Shown here: one piece after another, positions 1-10,688 of the stretch
Layout of the letters: each line of letters opens with the position of its first letter
Position numbering within the stretch: position 1 is the first letter of the stretch
The notes under the pieces: generated by a model
The model's database searches: none
Seen by the model: only the letters and a program-made list of their open reading frames with translations
Told to the model about the DNA's origin: nothing
Assembly (NCBI GenBank): GCA_029856155.1
Contig: JAHQWL010000021.1
Span: 1 to 55,527, forward strand
DNA length: 55,527 nucleotides
From: Promethearchaeia archaeon
GTDB lineage: Archaea > Asgardarchaeota > Lokiarchaeia > Sigyniarchaeales > SOKP01
Direction of reading: 5' to 3'
Made by a program: the position numbers and the translations under genes

Positions 1-276
1 ATTGTTAAAAAGATAAGAGTTATTCAAATTTAAAATTTTTAATTGTCCTTATTTGGAACTCTTTTTAGTTCCAATAAAATCAAAAAAAAATAGGAATTTA
101 AATTTTGTTAGTGAAAAAAGCCAAAGATGATTAATTGTTTATTTCAAATGTATGGTTAAACTATTTGATTTTATAATTTATTAATATTAATTTTTTTGGA
201 ATAAAGAAAATCTAGAAAAAATTTAAAGATGTTAATTTTCATAATTTTTTAAAATAAAAAATTAAATGTGATTTAA

Positions 277-1149
277 ATGGGAGATTTTAAAAAGATGGAG
301 CAAGCTTATAAAGCTTCCTCTAAAATACTGGAAAAGAGAATGGAAAAAAAGCGTCCAATGGATCTCGACATATTGAGAAAGGTGAAAGAATCATCTATAA
401 TTATAGTTGCTGGTTCTTATGATAAAATTGAGTTAGTTTTAGAACTATTAAACGTTCCATTTATTTTAATTCAACCTTATGAGGTTAGTCAAATTGAATT
501 AAGATCAGATCAAATCTTAATTATTAATTGTCCTGGGAATGTAAATGATGATGCATTGCCCAAAATTAAAGATTTTGTTAAAGATGGAGGATTTCTCTTT
601 ACTACTGATTGGGCTTTACAAAATATTCTTGAAAAAATATTTCCTCGTTATTTAAAATACAATCAACGACCCACAGGAGATGATTATGTAAGAGTAGAAA
701 TAATAGATAAGAGTAATAAGTTTTTAGTAGGTTTATTTGATGAAAAAGCAGATCCAATTTGGTGGTTAGAGAGTTCTTCATATCCTATTCAAATTTTAGA
801 CAAATCTCAAGTTAAACTTTTAATTGTAAGTAAAGAAATGCAAGAAAAATATGGAGAAGCGCCAATCGTTATTACTTTTGAATTTGGTGATGGTACGGTG
901 CTTCATATGACCAGTCATTATTATTTACAGAGAGCTGAATTAAGGACAAAAAGACATAATATGAGTGCTAAAGAATACGCTATGAAAGAGATTGGATTAT
1001 CTGAAGATGAGGCTGAAATGGACGAATTAAAAGGAGTAAGTCTCGGTGAAGCGGAGTCTGCATATTCTACAACCCAATTTATTAGTAATGTGATTGTAGA
1101 GCAGCAAAAAAAAGTTAAAAAGAGGAAAAAAGAGAAGGACAATAAATAG
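277..1149 (+). CDS. Conserved hypothetical protein, possible class I glutamine amidotransferase-like fold
   Basis: 290 aa ORF; 'LIINCPG...FVKDGGFLFTTDWAL' resembles GATase1-like domains. Confidence 0.5.
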   Translation: MGDFKKMEQAYKASSKILEKRMEKKRPMDLDILRKVKESSIIIVAGSYDKIELVLELLNVPFILIQPYEVSQIELRSDQILIINCPGNVNDDALPKIKDFVKDGGFLFTTDWALQNILEKIFPRYLKYNQRPTGDDYVRVEIIDKSNKFLVGLFDEKADPIWWLESSSYPIQILDKSQVKLLIVSKEMQEKYGEAPIVITFEFGDGTVLHMTSHYYLQRAELRTKRHNMSAKEYAMKEIGLSEDEAEMDELKGVSLGEAESAYSTTQFISNVIVEQQKKVKKRKKEKDNK

Positions 1150-1240
1150 TAATATTTTATTTCTACAAAATTTTTAAAATAAATAACTCTTCTCCTTTCG
1201 AAATCAATAAATTAAATTGTGATAAATTGATTATTTTATC

Positions 1241-2698
1241 ATGGTAGAGAGACGACGGGAATTACATGGAAAACGACTCATAGGATATGCTTTAGGAAAC
1301 TTTGGCTTGATATTGACAAATATGTTCATTGGAATATTTATTTTTCAATATTATGTTTATACAATCAATTTGGACGCGATCCTTACATCGGTAGGAATTT
1401 CTTTACAGCTTATTATTTCGGCAATTTCCTCGATTATTTTTGGAATACTTGCAGATAATAAAAAACTGGGGAGATTTGGAAAGCGTCGACCTTTTCTTCT
1501 TTATGGATTACCAATATGGGTTTTTACTAGTATTATCATTTGGTTGCCTCCTAAATGTCCACAAAATAATTCATTATTTATACCTACTGCAGTATTTTTA
1601 TGGAGTGTTTTCATCTTTCAATCAATATCTGGATCTTCAATGTTGACTGTACATCTTTCAATGCTTACAGAACAATCACAAACGCATCAAAATAGAGAAA
1701 AAATTGCTGCAGCTATAACGTTTTTTCAAATACTTGCTTCAATTTTAGCTATGTTGCTACCACTAATTGTTGAAAGCATATTACCTAATCCCGAAAATGT
1801 AAAATGGTGGGAACCCTCAGGCCAAATAGTATTTGCTTACATGCCTTGGGTAGGAGCCTCATTTACTCTTTTTGGATTAATAGCTATTCTAACAACATTT
1901 TTCTCGATAGATGAAAGTTTTCATAAAGTTATAACTCCTAAAATTGAACAACAAAAAGTCTCAATAAGATCATTCATTCTTCATATGAGGGCACCAATAT
2001 GGGATAAAAAATATAGAAAATATCTATCTGTAAGGTTCTTTAATAGTATTTCAGGTAAAATATTAGGAATAATTGTAATACCTTTTTTAACTTATACACT
2101 AATGTTCACGGGGAGTAAGTATTATATTTATGTTATCGTCTCGATTATAAGTAAAATGGTAGGATTTTATATCTGGCGGAAACTACTTAAAAAGAATACA
2201 ATTCTTAAAACATATATGATATGTATAATATCTTCAATAATCGCTTGCTTTCTCGAGTTGATATTTTTAATTGAATTACTTTCTGCTGAGTTTGAAATTA
2301 TCCTATTTATATTAACTATGGGGACAATTTTGGGTTCCATGTATGGATTAGGATTGTTCAATCCTCCTTTAGCGAGTGTATTAATCTATGAAGCTGCTGA
2401 CAAGATTGAAGATTCTGAAATCGATGAATCTGTTTCAAACATATCTGGAGCTTATTTTGGTTTGAGCTCTTTTATAATGGCAGCTGGTCAATCATTGGCT
2501 TCATTCATAATAGGATTAGTTCTTACTGGGAATAATGCTGAGAACTCTACAATAATTACTCTTACATTGGTTTCAATGGGTGTATTCTATTTAATAAGCT
2601 TAATCTTTCTCAAACGGATTAAATTAGAAAAGAAATTCATAAGTAAAGAAATCTTAAGCTCTGGAGTTTCTGATGAAGCTTTATTTCGTCAGGAATAA
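1241..2698 (+). CDS. MFS transporter (GPH/MelB-like sugar:cation symporter)
   Basis: About 12 hydrophobic segments; 'GILADN...GRFGKRRPFLL' MFS_2 motif. Confidence 0.85.
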   Translation: MVERRRELHGKRLIGYALGNFGLILTNMFIGIFIFQYYVYTINLDAILTSVGISLQLIISAISSIIFGILADNKKLGRFGKRRPFLLYGLPIWVFTSIIIWLPPKCPQNNSLFIPTAVFLWSVFIFQSISGSSMLTVHLSMLTEQSQTHQNREKIAAAITFFQILASILAMLLPLIVESILPNPENVKWWEPSGQIVFAYMPWVGASFTLFGLIAILTTFFSIDESFHKVITPKIEQQKVSIRSFILHMRAPIWDKKYRKYLSVRFFNSISGKILGIIVIPFLTYTLMFTGSKYYIYVIVSIISKMVGFYIWRKLLKKNTILKTYMICIISSIIACFLELIFLIELLSAEFEIILFILTMGTILGSMYGLGLFNPPLASVLIYEAADKIEDSEIDESVSNISGAYFGLSSFIMAAGQSLASFIIGLVLTGNNAENSTIITLTLVSMGVFYLISLIFLKRIKLEKKFISKEILSSGVSDEALFRQE

Positions 2699-3778
2699 TT
2701 ATATGTTAGCCGGATTCCGTATAAAAGTCTCAATTAGCTGGATAGTTTTATATATATCATCAAGTTTTAGCAATGAAGTTGGCGAATGAATGTATCTACA
2801 TGGAACAGATACAACTGTGCATGGAACACCGCTACGACTAAATTGAATTTTACCTGCATCAGTCCCCCCATACCTTGGCTTCTTAAATTGATATTGAATA
2901 TTCTCATGCTCAGCGTTATTTATCAATCTTTTATTCACTTTAGGATTTGAGATTACCGATATATCTGCGACAGTAATTGCTGGTCCTTTTCCTATGCTTA
3001 CTGGGTTTTCAGAATTTTTTATCCCAGGCACATCAGCAGCGGTTGTATTTTCAATTGCAATTGCCATAGTGGGTTTAAGGGTATACGCACCGGTTATCGC
3101 ACCAAAACCTCCTACCTCTTCCTGTGCTGCAAAATTGAAAAGAACGGTATCAGAATGTTTATTTTCTTTTAAAAGCATCATTACGTGGAGGAGAACATTA
3201 CAACCTGTACGATCATCAAAAGCTTTACCACGAATCATACCATTAGGAAAATCAACAAATGGACTAAATAATGTACCTATACTTCCAATATTAATATTGT
3301 TATTAAGTACCTCATCTTCGGAAGTCATCCCAATATCAATATACATGTTGGGAATATCAACAACTTTTTTCCTTTCTTCAATTGAGGTAAGATGAGGGGG
3401 CTTTGACCCAATAATCCCATGAAATACTTGATCATCCCCTGATTTCAAAATAACAGACTGACCTAAAAGAATTCTGTCATCCCACCCACCAATTGATACG
3501 AAATGTAAAAAGCCTTTCTTATCAATGTGAGATATCATAAATCCAATCTCATCGATATGAGCATCTAATAAAATCCTATTTTGTCCAGTTGTTCCTTCTT
3601 TTACTGCTAAAACATTTCCAAGTGGGTCTATCCACGACTTATCAGCTAAACCTCTATTTTCAATTTCTTCAAGAATAAAAGTTCTTACTTCCTCTTCATG
3701 TCCCGATACGCCAAGTAGATTAGATAACTTTTTCTGTAATTCCTTAATACTTTCAATATTCAAATTGCTTCTACTCAT
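2699..3778 (-). CDS. M42 family aminopeptidase (TET/FrvX-like)
   Basis: GVSGHE, DAHIDEIG, GKAFDDR, QEEVG, GGTDAG and RYIHSP motifs. Confidence 0.93.
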   Translation of the reverse strand: MSRSNLNIESIKELQKKLSNLLGVSGHEEEVRTFILEEIENRGLADKSWIDPLGNVLAVKEGTTGQNRILLDAHIDEIGFMISHIDKKGFLHFVSIGGWDDRILLGQSVILKSGDDQVFHGIIGSKPPHLTSIEERKKVVDIPNMYIDIGMTSEDEVLNNNINIGSIGTLFSPFVDFPNGMIRGKAFDDRTGCNVLLHVMMLLKENKHSDTVLFNFAAQEEVGGFGAITGAYTLKPTMAIAIENTTAADVPGIKNSENPVSIGKGPAITVADISVISNPKVNKRLINNAEHENIQYQFKKPRYGGTDAGKIQFSRSGVPCTVVSVPCRYIHSPTSLLKLDDIYKTIQLIETFIRNPANI

Positions 3779-3923
3779 TAGTAAATGTCTTTTAAATTAA
3801 TAATTAAACTATTAACGATTCACATAAAAAGTTTAAGATAATTTAAAAAAAATTAGTTAAAACAACCAAAATCATAAAAGAAAAGAACCTAAAAGATTAT
3901 AGTAATAATAATATAAAATAAAA

Positions 3924-5591
3924 TTATTTTTTTCGCTTTTTTAGTTCAACTATTGATTTCTCAGCTAAGATTATAGCATTATCGTATTTTGATTTATATT
4001 TTTTAACCTGTGCGTCTAGTTCTATTATTCTATTATTCAAATCTAATACCATTTCGCTGTTATCATCTAAGGGGGCCATATCTTCTCCACCTTTCTCTGC
4101 CATTTCTTTTAGAAAGTTGTATTTCTCCTTCCATACATTTATTTCGGTTTGTAATTCTTCTATAGTCTCATCAGTAGCAACAAGTGGTATACCTTTTCCT
4201 TCTTTTACATCAGCTACTTTTTGTTTTAAACGATTAACTTCATCCTCTAATTCCCGAATTCTCACTTTTAGTGCTGTAATTTCATCTAGATAATCAGCGG
4301 CTCCTTTTGGTTCTAGCATTTCTTCAAACATAGATTTTCCAGTTTCTAATTCATCAGCAGATTTTCCTCCTAGAAGCCTCTCTTTTCGCCTCTTTAGTTC
4401 TTCAACCGTTTGATCCGAAAGGAAATCTAACGGATTAAAACTGACACCTCCATGTTTTGTTCTCCTTTTTCTTATTTTCACAAAGAGGGGAATTCCCTTA
4501 ACAGCCTCCCCGCATAATATTGCTTGCCCTTTATCTAATCCAGAAATGTCTGATTTATTTTCATTACTTAAATCTTCAGCACTGGAAATAGTAATTCCAA
4601 TATCTCTTATATCTGATAAATTATGAACAACCCAAGTTCCTGCTTGAGCTCTTATTGTAGTATCTAATAATTGTGGACGTTGTGTCCCTATGACAATATT
4701 TGCACCAAATTTTCTTCCCTCTTGAGCAAATAGTTTAACAACTTCGCAAGTTTCTGTCTGCTTCTTTCCCGCAAATAAGTGAGCTTCATCTAAAAATAAG
4801 TAGAATGGAGGTATACCTCTAGTTGTGCTAGCTTCATATAATTTTTTCAGTAATTTACCAGCTATGGCTTCTTGAACTTCTAAAGCCATACCATTTAAAT
4901 TCACTATAGTACACAGATTCGGCGCAACAATATCTGTAGGTTTTAATGAAAAAAGGTATTCTATATCAACGTCTCCCCCTTTATTTTTCTTTAAATCAGA
5001 AAATTCGATTATACCATCAACAAATTCACTTTCACCTTCGGGTAGATCTTCACCAGCAACCTTTAAACTACCATATTCTCCGTGTCTATCTAAAATTACA
5101 AGAGGAATTCCCTTCTTAAGAAATTCCTCACATAATACTCCCATTGTATAAGATTTACCAGAACCAGATTTTCCAGTAATGAAAATCCTACCAAAATTTT
5201 TAATTAATAAATACACTTCATAAGGATATCCAATTAAATTCCCTATAGAAAGAGATTCTTCCGGGGGGTTAAATATACCTAAGATTTTTGCGATTTGTTC
5301 TTCTTTTGCCATATAAACATCGAGACCTATTTCAAATGGTCTTTTTGGTCTTTCACCCAAAACCGCTAATTTCGCCATGCGTCCCTTATCTTCAGTCCAC
5401 ATATCAGTAATATAAAGTACAAAATATTCTCTATTTCCTTCTTCATCTCTCTCTCCATAGATAGTTAAATAGTTATTTCTTTCAACCGGAGGACCCTCAA
5501 ATACAACCGTAACTGTATGAGTTGTGGTCTTACCAGTCAGTCTGCCAACAGGTTTTTCTTCTTGTGAACTTTCTTCTGTCATTAATACCAC
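3924..5591 (-). CDS. HerA/FtsK-like (DUF87) ATPase with C-terminal coiled coil
   Basis: Walker A GKSGSGKS, LDRHGEY, Walker B FLDEAH, EGRKFG, TQRP; heptad-rich tail. Confidence 0.85.
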   Translation of the reverse strand: MVLMTEESSQEEKPVGRLTGKTTTHTVTVVFEGPPVERNNYLTIYGERDEEGNREYFVLYITDMWTEDKGRMAKLAVLGERPKRPFEIGLDVYMAKEEQIAKILGIFNPPEESLSIGNLIGYPYEVYLLIKNFGRIFITGKSGSGKSYTMGVLCEEFLKKGIPLVILDRHGEYGSLKVAGEDLPEGESEFVDGIIEFSDLKKNKGGDVDIEYLFSLKPTDIVAPNLCTIVNLNGMALEVQEAIAGKLLKKLYEASTTRGIPPFYLFLDEAHLFAGKKQTETCEVVKLFAQEGRKFGANIVIGTQRPQLLDTTIRAQAGTWVVHNLSDIRDIGITISSAEDLSNENKSDISGLDKGQAILCGEAVKGIPLFVKIRKRRTKHGGVSFNPLDFLSDQTVEELKRRKERLLGGKSADELETGKSMFEEMLEPKGAADYLDEITALKVRIRELEDEVNRLKQKVADVKEGKGIPLVATDETIEELQTEINVWKEKYNFLKEMAEKGGEDMAPLDDNSEMVLDLNNRIIELDAQVKKYKSKYDNAIILAEKSIVELKKRKK

Positions 5592-5776
5592 ATAAATTAA
5601 TATAAGTTATAATGATCTTAGAAATTTTAAAAATATAAATCTAAGCGATTTCAATTTTTAATTCTTACTTAAATTTGATTTCTAATTCTTAATTCTTTCA
5701 TAATTAGATATCTAAAGTAGAATCACCAAATTAAGAAAAATATTCAAAAAATAAAAAAAAAATTTAATATTTATTA

Positions 5777-6349
5777 CTAAAATTTTACTAATTCTTCCTG
5801 CATTAATTTTCTTATATTGTCGATCGCCCATAGAACGTACTTATAACATTTTTTTCCCCATGTACCGTCTTTAACGTATTCCATCATTGCATTGGGATCA
5901 CTGAAATCATACCCAGATAAATTTGGGCAAATTACTGAACCAAATTTCTTCTCGAATTCTTTCGCAAATTGTGCCGATTTCATATAAGCAACGGGAATTA
6001 AATCATTCGACATCTTTTCTCTTCCTTTTCCTCCTAAAATTGCTCCTACTGCAGCACAACCCCCAACTACCGCCCCACATGGACCACACCAGTCTTTTTC
6101 AGACTTATATCCCCCTAATCCCCCAGATAGGGGAATCATAATGTTGTTGATTAATCCATCTTGGATTCCTAGTATATTTAAAATACCTGTTAATGTTGCT
6201 TCCGCACAACCTCCTTCAGTAGGATTTATTTTAGGAAATATTTCTTCAAATTGCTTAAGTGCTTCATCAAACTTTGTATCAATCTCTCTATTCATTACTT
6301 TTTGTTCCATAATTTTTTTCATCTCTTTTTTTTGAATACTTAATCTCAC
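5777..6349 (-). CDS. C_GCAxxG_C_C family putative redox protein
   Basis: GCAE...GPCGAVVGG...FGSVIC...KC pattern; true start may be the internal MEQKV. Confidence 0.85.
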   Translation of the reverse strand: MRLSIQKKEMKKIMEQKVMNREIDTKFDEALKQFEEIFPKINPTEGGCAEATLTGILNILGIQDGLINNIMIPLSGGLGGYKSEKDWCGPCGAVVGGCAAVGAILGGKGREKMSNDLIPVAYMKSAQFAKEFEKKFGSVICPNLSGYDFSDPNAMMEYVKDGTWGKKCYKYVLWAIDNIRKLMQEELVKF

Positions 6350-6374
6350 ATTAAATATATAATATCTAATGAAT

Positions 6375-7340
6375 TCATTTTGTTTTGTTTTCTACACTTC
6401 TCTTATAAATAATATTCTTTTTAACCATTTGAATAGGTTTATAGGACTCTTTTGCTCTTCTTAAACCTTCAATACCTAAATCTTGTTCTCTATTGACATA
6501 AATCGTATCTACACAGCAATTTTTTAAGAAAAAATTGTTAACTGCTTGGTAAGCACCATCATACTCCATGTGTGCTTTCTCAATATGAATCACTAAGGTT
6601 CCATTATTCAACATTTCACCAAATGTATAAGCAGCACATTTATCATCTACACATAATAATCCACCATTAAAACCAAGTTTCTCAAAATTGTTTAATGCTT
6701 CATATATTGCATCGTGTTCTGCTTCTAAACTTTCATCTTCAGTACACGCTCGCATTACGCACCACTCTAACTGAAGTTCTTTACATTTTTCAACAAGATC
6801 TCCTGTTAATAATTGGAAATCATAGTTATAATTATCTAAGAACTTTTTTAGCCATCTTCTATTTTGCCTATACTTGTTTCCCGCTAAATTTAGAATCTCT
6901 TCTTTGTTATAAATATAATCCCAATTATTACGATCTTCAAGGCAATCCAAATTTAATTTAGAAAATTTCTCATTTTCCCTTAAGCTAATACATATATCCT
7001 CTGGAACTCTATGAACTTCTATATTTTCAATATCCTCAAATAATTCAATAATTATTTTATCAGGAGAAGGACCAATCGGAGGAAAGAAATAAATATACTC
7101 TATAGAGGCTGTATTAATTGGTTTTTTTCTATTTTTCAAATAATCAACAGAAAATAGGATTAAATGCTCCTTAAATTCAATAAATAAGAAATTATAATAA
7201 TTTCTCCACATAAAAAGGTTAGTAAATGTAAATTCAGAAATTTCTGGAGGATATTTTTGAAAATACTCGTCAAATAGCTTTTTATGAGTTATTTCAATTG
7301 GTTTTCCCTTGCTAAGATCCATGGTTATTTTATTATTCAA
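6375..7340 (-). CDS. DUF2156 / phosphatidylglycerol lysyltransferase-like GNAT-fold protein
   Basis: SEFTFTNLFMW, HIEKA, VNREQDLGIEGLRRAKESYKP. Confidence 0.88.
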   Translation of the reverse strand: MNNKITMDLSKGKPIEITHKKLFDEYFQKYPPEISEFTFTNLFMWRNYYNFLFIEFKEHLILFSVDYLKNRKKPINTASIEYIYFFPPIGPSPDKIIIELFEDIENIEVHRVPEDICISLRENEKFSKLNLDCLEDRNNWDYIYNKEEILNLAGNKYRQNRRWLKKFLDNYNYDFQLLTGDLVEKCKELQLEWCVMRACTEDESLEAEHDAIYEALNNFEKLGFNGGLLCVDDKCAAYTFGEMLNNGTLVIHIEKAHMEYDGAYQAVNNFFLKNCCVDTIYVNREQDLGIEGLRRAKESYKPIQMVKKNIIYKRSVENKTK

Positions 7341-7583
7341 AGAACTTTAAAAGGATTATCCTTTTAGATGAGAAGCTTGAAATAAATCGTTTTTTATAGA
7401 CATTTTAAAAAAGAATTAGTTTTAAATCAATATTATTATTTTAAAAAAATGATATTTCATTCAATTACACACTTTTTAATAATTATATTTATAATTTTGA
7501 AAACTACTTATTGAATTGAGTTATAAATTTTTTTATCTTAAGAAATTTTATTTAAGGATGGATTAATATCAATAGTCTCGGAT

Positions 7584-8609
7584 ATGAAGAGTATTCCACA
7601 AGTTAAATCTAGAAAGGATGTAAAAGATAAATATAAAGCTCTAAAGGCACTTGCTTTAGCTGTCTTAATTCTTGTTTCTATTGAAGGATTTTTATGGATT
7701 CTTGAAGAGAATGAGTATTTTGGTGAACCATATTTATGGGGGTGTCAACAAATAGTTGCTTATAAAATAAATCATTGTAAAGAACTTTTTTCTCAACCAG
7801 AGCATATAGGTAAATTAAAAATTGTTTCAATGGGGGATTCTTTCTGTGTTACAGGCTTTAACCCATTTAGATTTGATAAATATTTCAATGAAAGTACAAT
7901 AACCTATAATTTCGGAATAGTCGGTAGTGCTATAAGATCCCAATCTTTTTACATTGAAAAGGTAATCATCCCCCAAATTGCACCTGATGCTATTATATGG
8001 GTGTTAAATACACCTAGTGACTTTTCTTCTCATGAGAATACACTTACACAAGAATTGTTAATTTTGAATTCGTCAATGGTTAGGTACTATAGCGGTGATA
8101 TAAATAATATGAATTTAGAAGAAATTTTTAACATGTTATTCTTAAAATTTTCTCGATTATACAAATATCGTATAACATTTATACCTGAATGGCTAAATCC
8201 TGAATTGAAAGCAGAAATCGAAAGCTATGATAAAATGTACTCTAGAGGATTTAGATACACTTATAAAATTTATGAGGAAGACCCACCTGATTTTCGCATA
8301 CTTATAAGTAAAATAGAATATGATACATTTGCAGGAAATAAATTTATGGAGATTATAAATTTATGTGAAGAAAAGGAAATAAAGTACCTGGTTGTAAACA
8401 ACCCCCATTATTATAAATATATAGGATATAATTATACTAATCAATTATTTAAGCAACTCCCAAAAGAGAACTATGTAAACTTTAACAATCTCAACTCAAC
8501 TTTTTGTAATAATAAATTCTATAACGATGTATTACATCTGAATCTCTATGGTGCTCTAATTTATACTAATCTTGTAGCAAAAAAGTTTAAGGCAATTTTA
8601 TCTCACTAA
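7584..8609 (+). CDS. Membrane-anchored SGNH-like protein (AlgJ/DltD-like acyl-transfer partner)
   Basis: N-terminal TM helix; GDS block I, YNFG, C-terminal DxxHLNxxGA. Confidence 0.7.
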   Translation: MKSIPQVKSRKDVKDKYKALKALALAVLILVSIEGFLWILEENEYFGEPYLWGCQQIVAYKINHCKELFSQPEHIGKLKIVSMGDSFCVTGFNPFRFDKYFNESTITYNFGIVGSAIRSQSFYIEKVIIPQIAPDAIIWVLNTPSDFSSHENTLTQELLILNSSMVRYYSGDINNMNLEEIFNMLFLKFSRLYKYRITFIPEWLNPELKAEIESYDKMYSRGFRYTYKIYEEDPPDFRILISKIEYDTFAGNKFMEIINLCEEKEIKYLVVNNPHYYKYIGYNYTNQLFKQLPKENYVNFNNLNSTFCNNKFYNDVLHLNLYGALIYTNLVAKKFKAILSH

Positions 8610-8829
8610 TATCCAATAAAACATGATTTAATAGTTTGATTTTAATATAACCCTTAAATTGTACTTTAAATTATTAAACACATTTTAAACCTTAAAATAT
8701 ATTATTTTAAGAAGAATTTTATTAACAAATTAGTTTTGCCCCTTTCATAAAATAGGAAAAGATAGAACTTAATTTATAATCAAACTTATTTTTTATTAAA
8801 CTTGTTTGAATTTTTAAAAAAGACAAAAA

Positions 8830-10497
8830 ATGAAGAGTTTAAAATTAGCAACGGTAAATAAAGTAAGTTTTATAATCGAATTGTCTATATTATTGATTAT
8901 CTGTTCATTTCTTTTAAATATAAAATCTCAAACTAACACTTTTATATATAATTCCGTTGATGATACTAACTTAAATCAATTTAATCTTACAAATAGTCTG
9001 CTAAGAATTCAAAACAATGAGATTTTTAAGGCGTTTAATGTAACTAATTACGGTGGAGCTTTTGAAGGATATAATCTTTTTATTATAATTGAGTACAATA
9101 TAGATACAATAAGAAAACAAATGGAATTAATAATTACAGATATGGAGGGAAATATAATAATGCAACGAAATGATGTTAATCAGATGTCTGTTGAATTTTT
9201 AAATTCAACCACTTTAATGTTCGGAGAAGGGTATAAATGTACTCTATGGAATATTTACGATAATAGTACTGAGACCTTAAATTTTTTCGGACATCACGAT
9301 TATGAATATAATCCTCTAAATGATACTTTTTTCACAATTGTGCCAAAAACTGTAATATTTAACAACATCTCCTATGGATTTGACACTATTTATGAATACA
9401 ATCGAGCGGGACAAGCTGTATGGTTCTTAGACACATGGTCATTCATAAATTATACACAATGGTGCCCTTTCCATGATGTATGTCGTTCGGAGGGTAAAAT
9501 TATTCCAGAGATTACTCATTCAAATACTCTCTTTTTCGATGTAGAAGAAAATGTAATTTATTATAACCCAAGAAATGTAAATACATTTTATAAAATTAAT
9601 CATACCAATAAAGAAGTAATTTGGGGACTTGGGGAGTATGGTAATTTTACCCTTTTTGATCAATATGGAAATCAAAAGCAAAATCTTTTTTATCATGCAC
9701 ACGCTATAGAGAAAGTTGATGATAATACTTTTATCTTGTTTGATAATGATCTTCATAATCAAACGAATCCTCTTCACCAGAGATCACGACTACTTGAGAT
9801 TACAATAAATGAAACCACAATGACTGCTAATGAAACGTGGTCATGGACAGGTTCATCAGATTATTATAGTCGTGCATTTGGAGATGCAGATCGGTTACCA
9901 AATAAAAATCGTCTTGGAACCTTCGGAACAAATTCACATGGATCGAATGTGAGTATTGGGGCAAGATTGGTTGAAGTAAACAATTCTGGTCAAATAGTTT
10001 GGGAGATGAATATTCCTCATATAAATGATAGTAGTTGTGCAGTTTATTGCATGGATCGTTTTCATTTTACACCTATACTTAGTTCTCCTAAAGATCTCAA
10101 CATATTTGAACATGAAAGTATTTCAATTAAATGGGATGCTTGGTATAATTTTCGATCAAAACAAAAAATTAATGGATCTTATGTAATTTACCTCAATAGT
10201 ACCCCAATTCAATCGAGAATCCATGAATTTGATAAATTTTGGCATTCCACGAATTTAACATGTAGTTCAGATAAACTTGAAATCTTAGAAAACCTTGAAC
10301 CAGGAATTTATAATCTCACCCTAGAACTTGCTGACGAAGCAGGTCATAAAACAACTGATAGTGTATATCTCTATATTTTACATGTAGATAATGGTAAAAA
10401 AATAGATGGTTATCCTTTAATTTTATTAATTAATTTCTTATTAATCATTTGGTTAATTTTTATTTTTAGATTAAAAAATTTAAAAATTAAAAACTAA
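8830..10497 (+). CDS. Secreted arylsulfotransferase (ASST)-like protein with C-terminal membrane anchor
   Basis: GHHD, THSN, HAH, ILFDN, GDADRLPN motifs; C-terminal IDGY + TM + basic tail. Confidence 0.75.
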   Translation: MKSLKLATVNKVSFIIELSILLIICSFLLNIKSQTNTFIYNSVDDTNLNQFNLTNSLLRIQNNEIFKAFNVTNYGGAFEGYNLFIIIEYNIDTIRKQMELIITDMEGNIIMQRNDVNQMSVEFLNSTTLMFGEGYKCTLWNIYDNSTETLNFFGHHDYEYNPLNDTFFTIVPKTVIFNNISYGFDTIYEYNRAGQAVWFLDTWSFINYTQWCPFHDVCRSEGKIIPEITHSNTLFFDVEENVIYYNPRNVNTFYKINHTNKEVIWGLGEYGNFTLFDQYGNQKQNLFYHAHAIEKVDDNTFILFDNDLHNQTNPLHQRSRLLEITINETTMTANETWSWTGSSDYYSRAFGDADRLPNKNRLGTFGTNSHGSNVSIGARLVEVNNSGQIVWEMNIPHINDSSCAVYCMDRFHFTPILSSPKDLNIFEHESISIKWDAWYNFRSKQKINGSYVIYLNSTPIQSRIHEFDKFWHSTNLTCSSDKLEILENLEPGIYNLTLELADEAGHKTTDSVYLYILHVDNGKKIDGYPLILLINFLLIIWLIFIFRLKNLKIKN

Positions 10498-10688
10498 TAT
10501 AACAATAATTATAATTTAAAATTCTAGGGTATTCTAGAGGGTTTGCATTTACTTATCAGATAATATAAGAAGAAATTAAATTTAAAAATTTGATATTAAT
10601 CTAAACCATATACCATTTTTAAATTATTAGAAGTTTTTTAATAGTTACAATACATTATTTCATAAAAAATAATATATCCGAATTTGTT

